From NCBI RefSeq assembly GCF_009914755.1, contig NC_060945.1: 64,000 nucleotides of DNA. The stretch is one strand, 5' to 3'. The stretch's first letter is position 1. Each line of letters opens with the position of its first letter. This stretch comes from the human T2T-CHM13v2.0 reference genome, Homo sapiens. The notes under the pieces were generated by a model that made no database searches, was not told where the DNA came from, and saw only the letters and a program-made list of their open reading frames with translations. This document shows, piece by piece, positions 16,536 to 29,845 of the stretch. Made by a program: the position numbers and the translations under genes.

Positions 16536-16660
16536 CATTCCATTCCACTGCAATCCATTACATATTATTCCACTCCATTCCTTTTTATTCCATTCCATTC
16601 CACTGCAATCCATTACATATTATTCCACTCCATTCCTTTTTATTCCACTCCATTCCACTG
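16536..16660 (+). repeat. 55-bp tandem duplication
   Basis: CAATCCATTACATATTATTCCACTCCATTCCTTTTTATTCC at 16551 and 16606. Confidence 0.9.
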
Positions 16661-19525
16661 AATTCCATTCCATTCCATTCCATTCCATTCCATTCCATTC
16701 CACTTCTCTCCATCCAATTCCACCCCATTCCACTCCACTCCACTCCATTCCACTCCACTCCATTCCATATCACTCCACTCCATGCCATTCCACTCCACTC
16801 CATTCCATACCCCTACCCTCCATGCCATTGCACTCCACTCCATTCCATTCCATGCTTCTTCACTCCATTCCACTCCACTCAATTTCGTTACACTCCACTG
16901 AACTCAACTCAGCTCTATTCTACTCCACTCCAAAAGACCCCACTCCACTCCACTTCATTCCTCTCCATTCCATTCCATTCCTATCCACACCATTCCATTC
17001 CTCTCCACTCCATTCTATTCCACTCCATTCCATTACATTACACTCCATTCCATTCCACTCCACTTCATTCCATCCCATTGTATTCCATTCCATTCCATTA
17101 CAATCCACTCCATTCGGTTCCACTCCACCACACTCCTCTTCACTCCACTCCTCTCCAATTTTGTCCATTCCATTCCATTCCATTCTATTCCACTCCATTC
17201 CATTTCATTCGACTCCACTCCATTCCACTCAACTCCACTCTGCTCCTCTTCATTCAATTCCATTCCATTCAACTCCATTCAATTCCTGTCCACTCCATTC
17301 CATTCCACTCCACTCCATTCCAATCCACCTTATAACACTACGTTATATTCCATTCTACTCCATTACTTTCCACGCCACTCCACTCCACTCCATTCCACTA
17401 CATTCTATTCCATTCCACTCCATTCCATTCCATAACACTCCATTCTATTCCATTCCATTCCATTCCTCTCCAATCCATTCCACTCCACTCCATTCCATTA
17501 AATTCCACTCTATTCCACTCCCTTCCATTTCAATCCATTGCTTTCCACTTCATTAAAATCCACTACACTCCATTCCACTCCAATCCAATTCATGATTTTC
17601 CATTCCACTCCATTCCTCCCTGCTCTATTCCACTCCTCTCCAATCCATTACACTTCACTCCATTCCATTCCATTCCACTCCATTCCATTCCAATAAATTC
17701 TATTCCATTCCACTCCTTTCCATTCCATTCCACTCAATTCCATTCCATTCCACTCCACTCCACTTCACTCCATTCCATTGGATTCCATTCCATTCCGTTC
17801 CACTCCCCACCCTTCCACTCCACCTCACTCCATTCCTTTTCACTCCATTAAATACCACTCCACTACATTCCATGCCACTCCACTCCATTCCACTATACTA
17901 CATTCCACTCCATACCATTTCACTCCACTCCATTTCAGTCCATTCCGCTCCATTCCATTCCTTCCACTCAACTCCACTCCATTCCATCCCTTTCCATTCC
18001 ATTCTCTTCCACTCCACTCCATTACTTACCATTCCATTCCACTCCATTTATCTCCATTCCATTCCACTCTTCTGTACTCCACCACATTCCATTCCATTCC
18101 CTTCCACTCCACTCCATTCGAATCCATTCCAGTAAATTCCACTCCACCCCACTCCACTCTATTTCATTCCTCTTCATTCCATTCCCTTCCATTCCACTTC
18201 AATGCACACCATTCCACGCCATTCCACTCCATTCTATTCCATTCCAATGCATTCCACTCAACTCCACTCCATTATACTCCACTTCACTCCACTCTCCTCC
18301 ATTCAACTCCACTCTACTCCACGGCACTCAATTCCATTCAACTCCATTCCATTACATTCCACTCAAATCCATTCCATTCCACTGTAATCCATTCCATCCC
18401 ATTCCATTCCATTCCATTCCATTCCATTCCATTCCATTCCACTTCATTCCATTCCAATCCACTCCACTCCACTCCATTCTATCGCGTTCCATTCCATTCC
18501 ATTCCACTACACTCCACTCCATTCCATTCCTCTCCACTCCGCTCCATTCCACTCCATTCGAGTCCACTCCAATCCATTCCACTCCTCTCCACTCCATTCC
18601 ATTCCGTTCCACACCAATTCACTACACTCCAGTCTTTCCAATCCATTCCACTGCATTCCATTCCATTCTACTCCATTCCGTTCCATTCCACTTCACTCTT
18701 TTCCATTCCAATCCGTTCCATTCCATTCCACACCAGTCCAATCCACTCCACTCCATTCTATTCTACTCAATTCCACTCCACTACACAACATTACTTTCTA
18801 CCCATCTCTATTCCACTCCAATCCATTCCAATTCACTCCATCCCACTCCACTGCATTTCATTCCATTCCTTTCCACTCCTTACCTTTGCACTCCACTCCA
18901 CTCCATTCCAGTCCATTCCACTCTACTCTATTCCACTCCACTCCACTCCAGTCCATTCCAATTCATCCCATTCCATTCCATCCATTCTATTCCACTCAAC
19001 TCCACTCCACTCCATTCCGCTTTATTCCATTCCATTCCATTCCATTCAATTCCATTCCATTCCACTCCATTACATTCCATTCCACTCCACTCCACTCCAT
19101 TACATTCCATTCCATTCCATTCTAAACAACTCCGTTTCATTCCATTCCACTCTCATCCATTCCAATCCACACCACTACAGTACATCCCACGCCATTCCAT
19201 GCCACTATACTCCCCTGCACTCTATTCCATTCCATTCTATTCCACACCATTCCATTGCATTCCATTCCATTCCAATCCAATCCATTTCAGTCCACTCCCT
19301 TCCATTCCATTTCATTCCGCTGCACTCCTTTCCACTACAAACCATTTTACTCCATTCCCCTCATTTTCATTCCATTCCATTCCATTCCACTCCATTCCAT
19401 TACATTCCATTAAATTACATTCCACTCCATTCCATTCCACTCTATTCCATTCCATTCCCTTACATTCCACTCATCACCATTCCATTCCATTCCAATCTAT
19501 TGCACTCCACTCCATTCCATTCGAT

Positions 19526-19675
19526 TCCATTCCATTTCATTCCATTCCATTCCATTCATATCCACTCGTCCCCACTCCACTCCACTCCATTCCATTCCAT
19601 TCCATTTCATTCCATTCCATTCCATTCATATCCACTCGTCCCCACTCCACTCCACTCCATTCCATTCCATTCCAT
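19526..19675 (+). repeat. 70-bp tandem duplication
   Basis: TCCATTCATATCCACTCGTCCCCACTCC at 19551 and 19621. Confidence 0.9.
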
Positions 19676-22125
19676 TCCATGCCATTGCACTCAACTCCAT
19701 TCTACTCCATTCCATTCCACTCCAGACAACTCCATTCCACCACATTCCTTTCCAACCTATTCCATTCCACTCCACTCCATTTCACTCCATTCTTCTCTAA
19801 TCCATTCCATTCCATTCTATTCCTCTACAATCCATTAAATTCCATTCCACTCCACTCCTTTCAACTCCATTGAATTCCATTCCACTCCACTCCTTTCCAC
19901 TCCATTCCATTCAACTCCATTCCATTCCATTCCATTCCATTCCACTCCATTCCATTCCATTCAATTCCATTCCAGTTTATTCCATTCCATTCCTTTCCAT
20001 TCCATTCCATTCCACTCCATTCCATTCAAATCCTTTCCATTCCATATCATTCCATTCCATTCCGTTCCATTGGACTCCATTCCATTCCCCTCCACTCCAC
20101 TAAATAGCGCTCCATTCCATTCCATTCAATTCCATTCCTCTCGACCCCATGCCACTCCACTGCAGTCCATTCCATTCCATTCCATTGCAGTCCACTCAAT
20201 TCCATTCCACTCCACTCCACTCCTTTCCATTTCTTTCCATTTCATTCCATTCCATTCCACTACATTCCGTTACAATGCTCTCCACTCCTCTACATTCCTC
20301 TCTATTCCATTCGACTCCACTCCCCTTCTCACCATTCCATTGCATTCCATCTCACTCCACTCCACTCAATTCCATTCCATTCCATTCCATTCCATTCCAT
20401 TCCATTCCATTCCATTCTTTCCACTTCACCTGCACTTCACTTCATGCATTCCATTCCACTCCTCTCCAATCCATTCCATTTTCCATTCCATTCCATTCCA
20501 TACCATACCATTCCTCTCAATTCCCTTAAAATCCATGCCCCTCCATTCCATTCCTTTCCATTCCACTCCACTTCTTTCCATTCCATTCCATTCCATCAAT
20601 TACAATCCACTGCACTCCACTACATTCCACTACATTCTCTTCCACTCCACTCCTCTCGTCTCCATTACAATGGAATCCATTTCATTTTATTCCATTCCAA
20701 TCCATAAAATTCCATTCCATTCCATTCCATACCACCCCATTTCACTCCACTCCATTCAGTTCTATTATATTGCATTCCACTCCACTGCATTTCATTCAAT
20801 TCCACTCCTCTGCATTAAAACCCTTTCCATTCCACTTCACTCCAATCCATTCCATTCTACTCCATTCCATTCCATTTCCTTCCATTGCATTCTACCGCAG
20901 TCCTCTCTTCCCAATTCCATTCCATTCCTTTCCACTCCTTTCCTTTCCATTCCACTACACTCCATTCCATTCCATACCTTTCCACTTCGTTCCATTCCAT
21001 TCAACTACACTCTATTCCATTCCATTCCATTCCATTCCATTACACTGTACTCGTTCCATTCCAAACCACTCCATTCCACTTCACTCAACCCCTTTCCATT
21101 CCATTGCATTCCATTCCATTCCATTTCATTGCATTTCATTCTACTGAACAACACTCTATTCCATTACATTCCACTCTACTCAATTCCAATCCAGTCCATT
21201 CCACGTCACTCAACTCCATTCCATTCCATTCCATTCCACTCCACACCATTCCTCTCCACTCCATTCCATTCCATTGCATTCCACTCCTCTCCATTCCACT
21301 CCATGCCACTCCATTCCATTCCTTGCCATTCCACTCCACTCCATTCCATTTCACTCCACTACATTCCTCCCCATTCCTCTCCATCCTATTCCGTTCCATT
21401 CTACTCCACTCCATTCCATTCCACTCTATTCCATTCCATTCCAATCCATTCCATTTCACTCCTCTCCACTCCGTTCCATACCAGTCTTTTCCATTCCATT
21501 CCTTTCCATTCCATTCTATTCATTCCACTCCTTTCCTTTCCAATCCATTCCACTCCACTCCATTCCACTCCATTCCATTCCACTCCAATCCCCTCCTCTC
21601 CATTGCATTGCATTCCATTCCATTCCATTCTCCTACACTCAATTCCATTCCATTCCACTCCACTCCGTTCAATTCCATTCCATTCCACTACACTCCATTC
21701 CATTCCATACCACTCCATTCCACTGCATTCCTTTCCAATCCATTCTATTCCTTTCCACTACCATTCATTCCATTCCATTCCTCTGTACTCCATTCCACTC
21801 CAGTTCATTTCTCTGCACTCAACTCCATTGCATCCTACTCCATTCCATTCATCTCCACACCTTTCCACTTCACTGCATTGCATTCCATTCCATTCCACTT
21901 AACTTCATTCCACTCCATTCCATTACAATCCAGTGCCCTCCATTGCATTCCATTCAACTCCATTCCATTCCATTCCATACCATTCCTTTCCCACCCGTTC
22001 TTCTCCACTCCATTCCATTCCATAACACTCTAGTCTATTCCATTCCATTCAATTGCCTTCGTTTCCATTCTATTCCACTCCATTCAATTCCATTGCAATC
22101 CATGCAATTCCATTTACTTCCATTC

Positions 22126-22405
22126 CATTCCATGGAATTCCATTCCATTCCATTCCATTCCAGTCCATTCCATTCCAATCCATTCCATTGCATGGAATTC
22201 CATTCCATTCCATTCCATTCCATTGCATGGAATTCCATTCCATTCCATGGAATTCCATTCCATTCCATTGCATGGAATTCCATTCCATTGCATGGAATTC
22301 CATTCCATTCCATTCCATTCCGTGGAATTCCATTCCATTCCATTCCATTCCGTGGAATTCCATTCCATTCCATTCCATTCCGTGGAATTCCATTCCATTC
22401 CATTC
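22126..22405. repeat. Transition zone: CATGGAATTC / CGTGGAATTC micro-inversions in pure CATTC, including ~3 perfect 30-mers
   Basis: CATGGAATTC at 22131, 22191, 22271, 22291; CGTGGAATTC at 22321, 22351, 22381 (30-bp spacing). Confidence 0.85.
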
Positions 22406-22720
22406 CATTCCGTGGATTTCCTTTCCATTCCACGGAATTCCATTCCGTGGATTTCCTTTCCATTCCACGGAATTCCATTCCGTGGATTTCCTTTCCATTC
22501 CACGGAATTCCATTCCGTGGATTTCCTTTCCATTCCACGGAATTCCATTCCGTGGATTTCCTTTCCATTCCACGGAATTCCATTCCGTGGATTTCCTTTC
22601 CATTCCACGGAATTCCATTCCGTGGATTTCCTTTCCATTCCACGGAATTCCATTCCGTGGATTTCCTTTCCATTCCACGGAATTCCATTCCGTGGATTTC
22701 CTTTCCATTCCACGGAATTC
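22406..22720. repeat. Palindromic minisatellite A: 9 x 35 bp CATTCCGTGGATTTCCTTTCCATTCCACGGAATTC
   Basis: Identical units start at 22406, 22441, 22476, 22511, 22546, 22581, 22616, 22651, 22686; ATTCCGTGGA and TCCACGGAAT are exact reverse complements. Confidence 0.95.
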
Positions 22721-22810
22721 CATGGATTTCCTTTCCATTCCACGGAATTCCATGGATTTCCTTTCCATTCCACGGAATTCCATGGATTTCCTTTCCATTC
22801 CATGGAATTC
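22721..22810. repeat. Hybrid 30-bp units (3 x CATGGATTTCCTTTCCATTCCA[C/T]GGAATTC)
   Basis: Units at 22721, 22751, 22781; left arm CATGG, right arm CACGG in the first two and CATGG in the third. Confidence 0.9.
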
Positions 22811-22825
22811 CATTCCATGGAATTC

Positions 22826-23315
22826 CATTCCATGGATTTCCTTTCCGTTCCATGGAATTCCATTCGATGGATTTCCTTTCCGTTCCATGGAATTCCATTC
22901 GATGGATTTCCTTTCCGTTCCATGGAATTCCATTCCATGGATTTCCTTTCCGTTCCATGGAATTCCATTCGATGGATTTCCTTTCCGTTCCATGGAATTC
23001 CATTCCATGGATTTCCTTTCCGTTCCATGGAATTCCATTCGATGGATTTCCTTTCCGTTCCATGGAATTCCATTCCATGGATTTCCTTTCCGTTCCATGG
23101 AATTCCATTCCATGGATTTCCTTTCCGTTCCATGGAATTCCATTCCATGGATTTCCTTTCCGTTCCATGGAATTCCATTCCATGGATTTCCTTTCCGTTC
23201 CATGGAATTCCATTCCATGGATTTCCTTTCCGTTCCATGGAATTCCATTCCATGGATTTCCTTTCCGTTCCATGGAATTCCATTCCATGGATTTCCTTTC
23301 CGTTCCATGGAATTC
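22826..23315. repeat. Palindromic minisatellite B: 14 x 35 bp CATTC[C/G]ATGGATTTCCTTTCCGTTCCATGGAATTC
   Basis: Units every 35 bp from 22826 to 23281; GATGG variant in units starting 22861, 22896, 22966, 23036; contains perfect palindromes TTCCATGGAA and GGAATTCC. Confidence 0.95.
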
Positions 23316-26300
23316 CATTCCATTCCACTCCATTCCATGGAATGTCATTCCTATTGACTGCACTCCATTCAATTACTTTCCACTCCACTCCATTCAACTA
23401 CATTCCCTTCCATTCCTTTCGATTCCTTTCCACTCTCTTCCATTCCATTCGATTCCATTCCATTCCGTTCCGTTCCATTCCATTCCATTCCATTGCACTC
23501 CACTCCATTCTATTCCATTCCACTCCACCCCACTCCATTCCATTCCATTTCATTCTCCTTCATTCCATTCCATTCCATTCTACTCCTTTCCATTCCATTG
23601 CACTACATTCCTTTCCAATCCCCTCCTCTCCACTATATTCCACTCCATTCCATTCCATTCCATTCCATTCCATTCCATTCCAATCCATTCCATTCCATTC
23701 CATTCCATTCCATTCCATTCTCCTCCACTGCACTCCATTCCATTCCACTCCACTCCACTCCATTCCATTCCACTCCATTCCATTCAATTACTCCCCTTTC
23801 CATTCCATTCCATTTCAATCTGTTCCATTTCACTCCATTCCACTCCACTCCACTGCACTCAATGCCACTCCAATACATTGCAATCCATTCCATTCTATTC
23901 CTCTCCATTCCGTTATATTCCACTCCACTCCATTAAATTCCATTCCATTCCATTTCATTCCATTACATTGCATTCCATTCCACTCCTTTCCATTCCGTTA
24001 AATTCCACTTCACTCCATTCTACTCCATTCCATCCCTTTTAATTCCACTGCAATCCATTCCATTTCATTACCCTCTACCACACGCCACTCCACTCCATTT
24101 CATTCCATTATCTTAAACTCCACTCAAATCCATTCCACTCTACCCGACTCCATTCCATTCCATTCCATTGCATTCCATTCCACTCCTTTGTGTTCCATTT
24201 CACTACATTCCTTTCCAGTCTACTCCACTGCGCTATATTCCACTCCATTAAATTCCACTACAGTCAACTCTTCTCCTTTCCATTCCATTCCATTCCGTTC
24301 CGTTGCATTCCAATCCACTACACTCCACTCCGTTTGACTCCACTCCATTGCATTCCATTCCACTCCACTCCACCCCATTCCATTCCACTCCAGTATACTC
24401 CACTCTATTCCAATCCATTCCACTCCACTAAAATCCACTCCATTCCATTTCACTCAATTCCATTCCACTCCATCCCACTCCATTGCATTCTAATTCATTT
24501 CATTCTATTTCTTTCGTTTGCATTTCATTCCATTTCACTCCACTCCACTCCATTCCACTGGACTCCACTCCGTTCCATTACATTACATTCCATTCCCCTA
24601 CCATGCAATACATTCCATTCGACTCAACCTCACTCCACTCCATTCCACTCCATTTCATTCTATTCCATTCCATTCCACCCTATTCCTTTAAAGTCCACTC
24701 CTCTCCATTCTGTTGAATTCCATTCCATTCTATTATAATTCATTCCATTTCAGTCCACTCCACTCCACTCCACTCCATTCCACTCCATTCCATTCCATTC
24801 ATTGCCATCCACTTGACGCCATGCCACTCCACTCCAGGCCATTCCCTTCCATTCTATTCTACTCCACTCAATTCCATTCCTCTCCTTCCCCTCCATTAAA
24901 TTCCATTTCATTCCACTCTATTCCATTCAACTTCTTTCCTTTCCATTCCACTACATTCCATTCCAATCCACTCCACTACACTATATTCGTCTCCATTCCT
25001 TTCCACTCCACTCCACTCCTCTCCCTTCCATTCCATTCAATTCCATTCCATTCCTTTAAACTGCACTCCCCTCCATTCCACTACACTCCATTCCATTCCA
25101 TTCCATTCCACTTCACTCCCCTCCACTCCACTCCATTACATTCAATTTCATTCAATTCCATTCCACTCCATTCCTTTCCATTCTATTCCCTTCTATTCCA
25201 TTCCGTACCACCACACTCTATTCCATTCCATTCCATTACCTTCCACCACACTCCATTCCATTCCATTCAACTCCACTCCATTCCACTCCATTCCATTCCA
25301 TTCCATTGAATTCCATTACATTCCAATCAAATCCAATCCATTCCATTCCACTCCACTCAATTTAATTCCAATCCATTTCACTCGACCGCACTCCACTCCA
25401 CTCCATTCCATTCCATTCCGTTCCGTTCCATTCCAATCCACTCAATTCCATTCTACTCCACTCCATTCAATTCCATTCCATTTCATTCAATTCTGTTCCA
25501 TTCCATTCCAGTCCACTACACTCCGTTCCATTCCATTCCACTCTACTCCATTCCACTCCATTCCATACTACACCACTCCCCTCCATTCCATTACACTCCA
25601 TTTCATTACAGTCCTTTCCATTCCACTCCACTCCATCCCCTTCCATATCATTCCACTCCACTCCATTCCACTCCATTCCATTTGTCTACTCTCCCATTTC
25701 CATTCCGTTCCCTTCCATTCCCATCCACCCAATCCCACTCCACTCCACTCCACTCCACTCCATTCCATTCCATTCAATTCCACTCCACTCCATTACAATC
25801 CATGCCACTCCACTTCACTGAATTCCATTCTACTCCTTTCCATTCCACTGCATTCCATTCCACTCCACTCCATTCCACTCTATTCCACTCCAATCCATTA
25901 CATTCCTTTCCATTCCACCACAATCCATTGCTTTCCATTACACTCCTTTCCTTTAAACTCCTTTGCATGCCAAACCACTCCACTTTATTCCACTCCATTC
26001 CATTCCATTCCGTTCCTTGCCATTCCATTCGACTCCATTGCATTTGGCTCCATTACATTCTATTACATTGCAGTCCATTCCATTCCACTCCACTCCATTC
26101 GACCGCACTCCGTACTGTTCCATTCCATTCAATTCCATTCCACTCGACCACAATCCACTCCACTCCCTTCCATTCCATTCCATTTCATTCCATTCCATTC
26201 CATTCCATTCCATTCCATTCCATTACTTTCTTCTCCACTCAATTCCATTCCACTGCACGCCACTTCATTCCATTGTATTCCATTCCATTCCATTCCATTC

Positions 26301-27500
26301 CATTCCACTCCGTTCCTTTCCACTCCATTCCGTTGCATTCCACTACATTCCATTCCAATCCACTCCACTCCTCTACTTTCCTCTCCGTTCCTTTCCACTC
26401 CAATCCCCTCCTCTCCATTCCATTCTATTCCATCTCACTACACTCCACTCCATTCCACTCCACTCCATTCCATTCCATTCCATTCCGTTCTACTTCACTC
26501 CATCCTCTACATTCCGCTCAACTCCACTCCACTGCATTCCACTTTATTCCATTCCATTCCGTTCCATTCCACTCCCTGACATTCCATTCCACTCCCTGAC
26601 ATTCCATTCCACTCCACGCCATTCCTTTCCTTTCCATTCCATTCCATTCCACTCCATTCCATTCCACTCCACTCCATTCCATTCCATTTCATTCTATTCC
26701 ATTCCAATACATTCCACTGCACTACTTTCCACACCTTTCCATTCCACTCCATTCCCCTCTTCTATTCCATTCCATTCCATTCCACATCATTCCATTGCAT
26801 TCCATTCCATTCCAATCCACTCCACTCTATTCCACTCCTCTAATTTCCATTCCAATCTGTTCCACTCCACTCCAGTCCATTCCATTCCACTCCATTCCAT
26901 TTCACTCCATTCCATTCAATTGCAGCCCAATCCCCTCCTGCCTAATCCATTAGGTTCCCTTCCGTTCCAATCCATTCCAGTCCTTTCCATTCCATTCCAC
27001 TACGTTCCATTCCAATCCATTCAACTAGTCTTCATTCCACTCCAATCCATTCCACTTCACTCCCCTCCTCTATTCCATTCCATTCGATTGCATTCCACTC
27101 CAATCCAGTCCTTTCCACTCCACTCCTTTCCATTCTATTCCATTCAATTACATTCCACTTCACGCCACTCCATTCCATTCCACTCCACTACACTCTATTA
27201 CACTCCATCCCATTCCATTACATTCCATTCCATTCCACTCCATTCCATTCAAATCAAATCAATTCCTTCTCACTCCACTCCACTCCATTCGGCTACATTC
27301 CATTATATTCCATTCTATTCCACTCCACTCCATTCCATTCCATTCCATTCCTGTCCACTTCACTCCATTTCATTCCATTCCGTTCCACTCCACTACCCTT
27401 CTCTCCATTGCATTCCATTCCAGTCCACTAAATACCAATCCGTTCCATTCCGTTCAATTCCATTCCCCTCCTTTCCAATCCACTGCATTCCACTTCACTC

Positions 27501-29300
27501 CATTCCATGTCATTCCATTCCATTCCATTCCATTCCATTCCATTCCATTCCATTCCATGTCATTCCATTCCGTTCCATTCCATTCCATTCCGTTCCATTC
27601 CATTCCATGTCATTCCATTCCGATCCATTCCATTCCGTTCCATTCCATTCCATTCCATGTCATTCCATTCCATTCCATTCCATTCCTTTCCATTCCATTC
27701 CATTCCATTCCATTCCATTCCATGTCATTCCATTCCGTTCCATTCCATTCCATTCCATTCCATTCCATTCCATTCCATGTCATTCCATTCCATTCCATTC
27801 CATTCCTTTCCATTCCATTCCATTCCATGTCATTCCATTCCATTCCATGTCATTCCATTCCATTCCATTCCCTGTCATTCCATTCCATTCCATTCCATTC
27901 CATTCCATGTCATTCCATTCCATTCCATTCCATTCCATGTCAATCCATTCCATTCCATTCCATTCCATTCCATTCCATGTCATTCCATTCCATTCCATTC
28001 CATTCCACTCCATGTCATTCCATTCCATTCCATTCCATTCCATGTCATTCCATTCCATTCCATTCCATTCCATTCCATGTCATTCCATTCCATTCCATGT
28101 CATTCCATTCCATGTCATTCCATACCATTCCATTCCATTCCATTCCATTCCATTCCATTCCATGTCATTCCATTCCATTCCATTCCATTCCATGTCATTC
28201 CATGTCATTCCATTCCATTCCATGTCATTCCATTCCATTCCATTCCATTCCATTCCATTCCATTCCATTCCATGTCATTCCATTCCATTCCATTCCATTC
28301 CATGTCATTCCATTCCATTCCATTCCATTCCATTCCATTCCATTCCATGTCATTCCATTCCATTCCATTCCATTCCATTCCATTCCATGTCATTCCATTC
28401 CATTGCATTCCATGTCATTCCATTCCATTCCATTCCATGTCATTCTATTCCATTCCATTCCATGTCATTCCATTCCATTCCATTCCATTCCATGTCATTC
28501 CATTCCATTCCATTCCATTCCATGTGATTCCATTCCATTCCATTCCATTCCATTCCATTCCATGTGATTCCATTCCATTCCATTCCATTCCATTCCATTC
28601 CATTCCATTCCATGTGATTCCATTCCATTCCATGTCATTCCATTCCATGTCATTCCATTCTATTCCATTCCATGTCATTCCATTCCATTCCATTCCATTC
28701 CATTGCATGTCATTCCATTCCATTCCATTCCATGTCATTCCATTCCATTCCATTCCATTCCATTCCATTCCATTCCATTCCGTGTCATTCCATTCCATTC
28801 CGTGTCATTCCATTCCATTCCATTCCATTCCATTCCATGTCATTCCATTCCATTCCATGTCATTCCATTCCATTCCATTCCATTCCATGTCATTCCATTC
28901 CATTCCATTCCATGTCATTCCATTCCATTCCATGTCATTCCATTCCATTCCATGTCATTCCATTCTATTCCATTCCATGTCATTCCATTCCATTCCATTC
29001 CATTCCATGTCATTCCATTCCATTCCATTCCATTCCATTCCATGTCATTCCATTCCATTCCATTCCATTCCATGTCATTCCATTCCATTCCATTCCATTC
29101 CATTCCATTCCATGTCATTCCATTCCATTCCATGTCATTCCATTCCATTCCATTCCATTCCATGTCATTCCATTCCATTCCATGTCATTCCATTCCATTC
29201 CATTCCATGTCATTCCATTCCATTCCATTCCATGTCATTCCATTCCATTCCATTCCATGTCATTCCATTCCATTCCATTCCATGTCATTCCATTCCATTC
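27501..29300 (+). repeat. Homogeneous in-phase (CATTC)n block with ~55 interspersed CATGT variant units
   Basis: 5-bp register unbroken; CATGT from 27506 to 29281 (54 counted by eye, plus CCTGT at 27871 and CGTGT at 28781 and 28801); CACTC seen only once (28006). Confidence 0.93.
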
Positions 29301-29845
29301 CAATCCATTCCTTTTCATTCCATTCCATTCCATTCCATTCCATTTCTCTCCACTTCATTACATTCCACTTCAGTCCATTCCATTCATTTCAATACACTCC
29401 GTTCCATTCCATACCACTCCATTCCACTCCACCTCATTCCATTCCGTTCCATTCCTTTCCACTACACTCAATTCCATTCCATTCCACTCTACTCCATTCC
29501 TCTCCACTCCATTCCACTCCACTACATTCCACTTCACTCAACTCCATTTCATTCCACTCCGTTCCATTCCACTCCATATATTTCCACTCCACTCAATTCC
29601 ATTCCCTTCCAATCCACTCCACTCCATTCCAGTCCATCCCACTCAATTCCGTTACACTCCACTCCCCTCCTTTTCATTCGATTTAACTGCATTCCCATCC
29701 ATTGCATTCCATCACGTCCCATTCCATTCCATTTCACTCCACACCGTTACATTCCATACAACTCTAGTGCATTCCATTTCATTGCATTCCTTTCCATTCT
29801 ATTCCACTCCATTCCATTCCACTCCATTCCATTGCATTGCGATCC

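Noticed and set aside
22406-23315. CRISPR array (35-bp palindromic repeats)
   Set aside because: Units are head-to-tail with no unique spacers, no leader and no cas genes, and they derive from the surrounding pentamer.
22406-23315. Canonical heat-shock elements
   Set aside because: An HSE needs alternating nGAAn units (TTC-N2-GAA-N2-TTC); here the spacings are TTC-N4-GAA and GAA-N0-TTC.
22035-24042. Stacked 420-590 aa ORFs with distinct repeats (MERKSTEWNSVEWKGNP..., WISFPFHG...)
   Set aside because: Direct translation of the stop-free 35-bp minisatellite; the same peptide cycles through all three frames.
27501-29300. p53 response elements from repeated CATG
   Set aside because: The context is TTCCATGTCA, lacking the RRR flank of RRRCWWGYYY.
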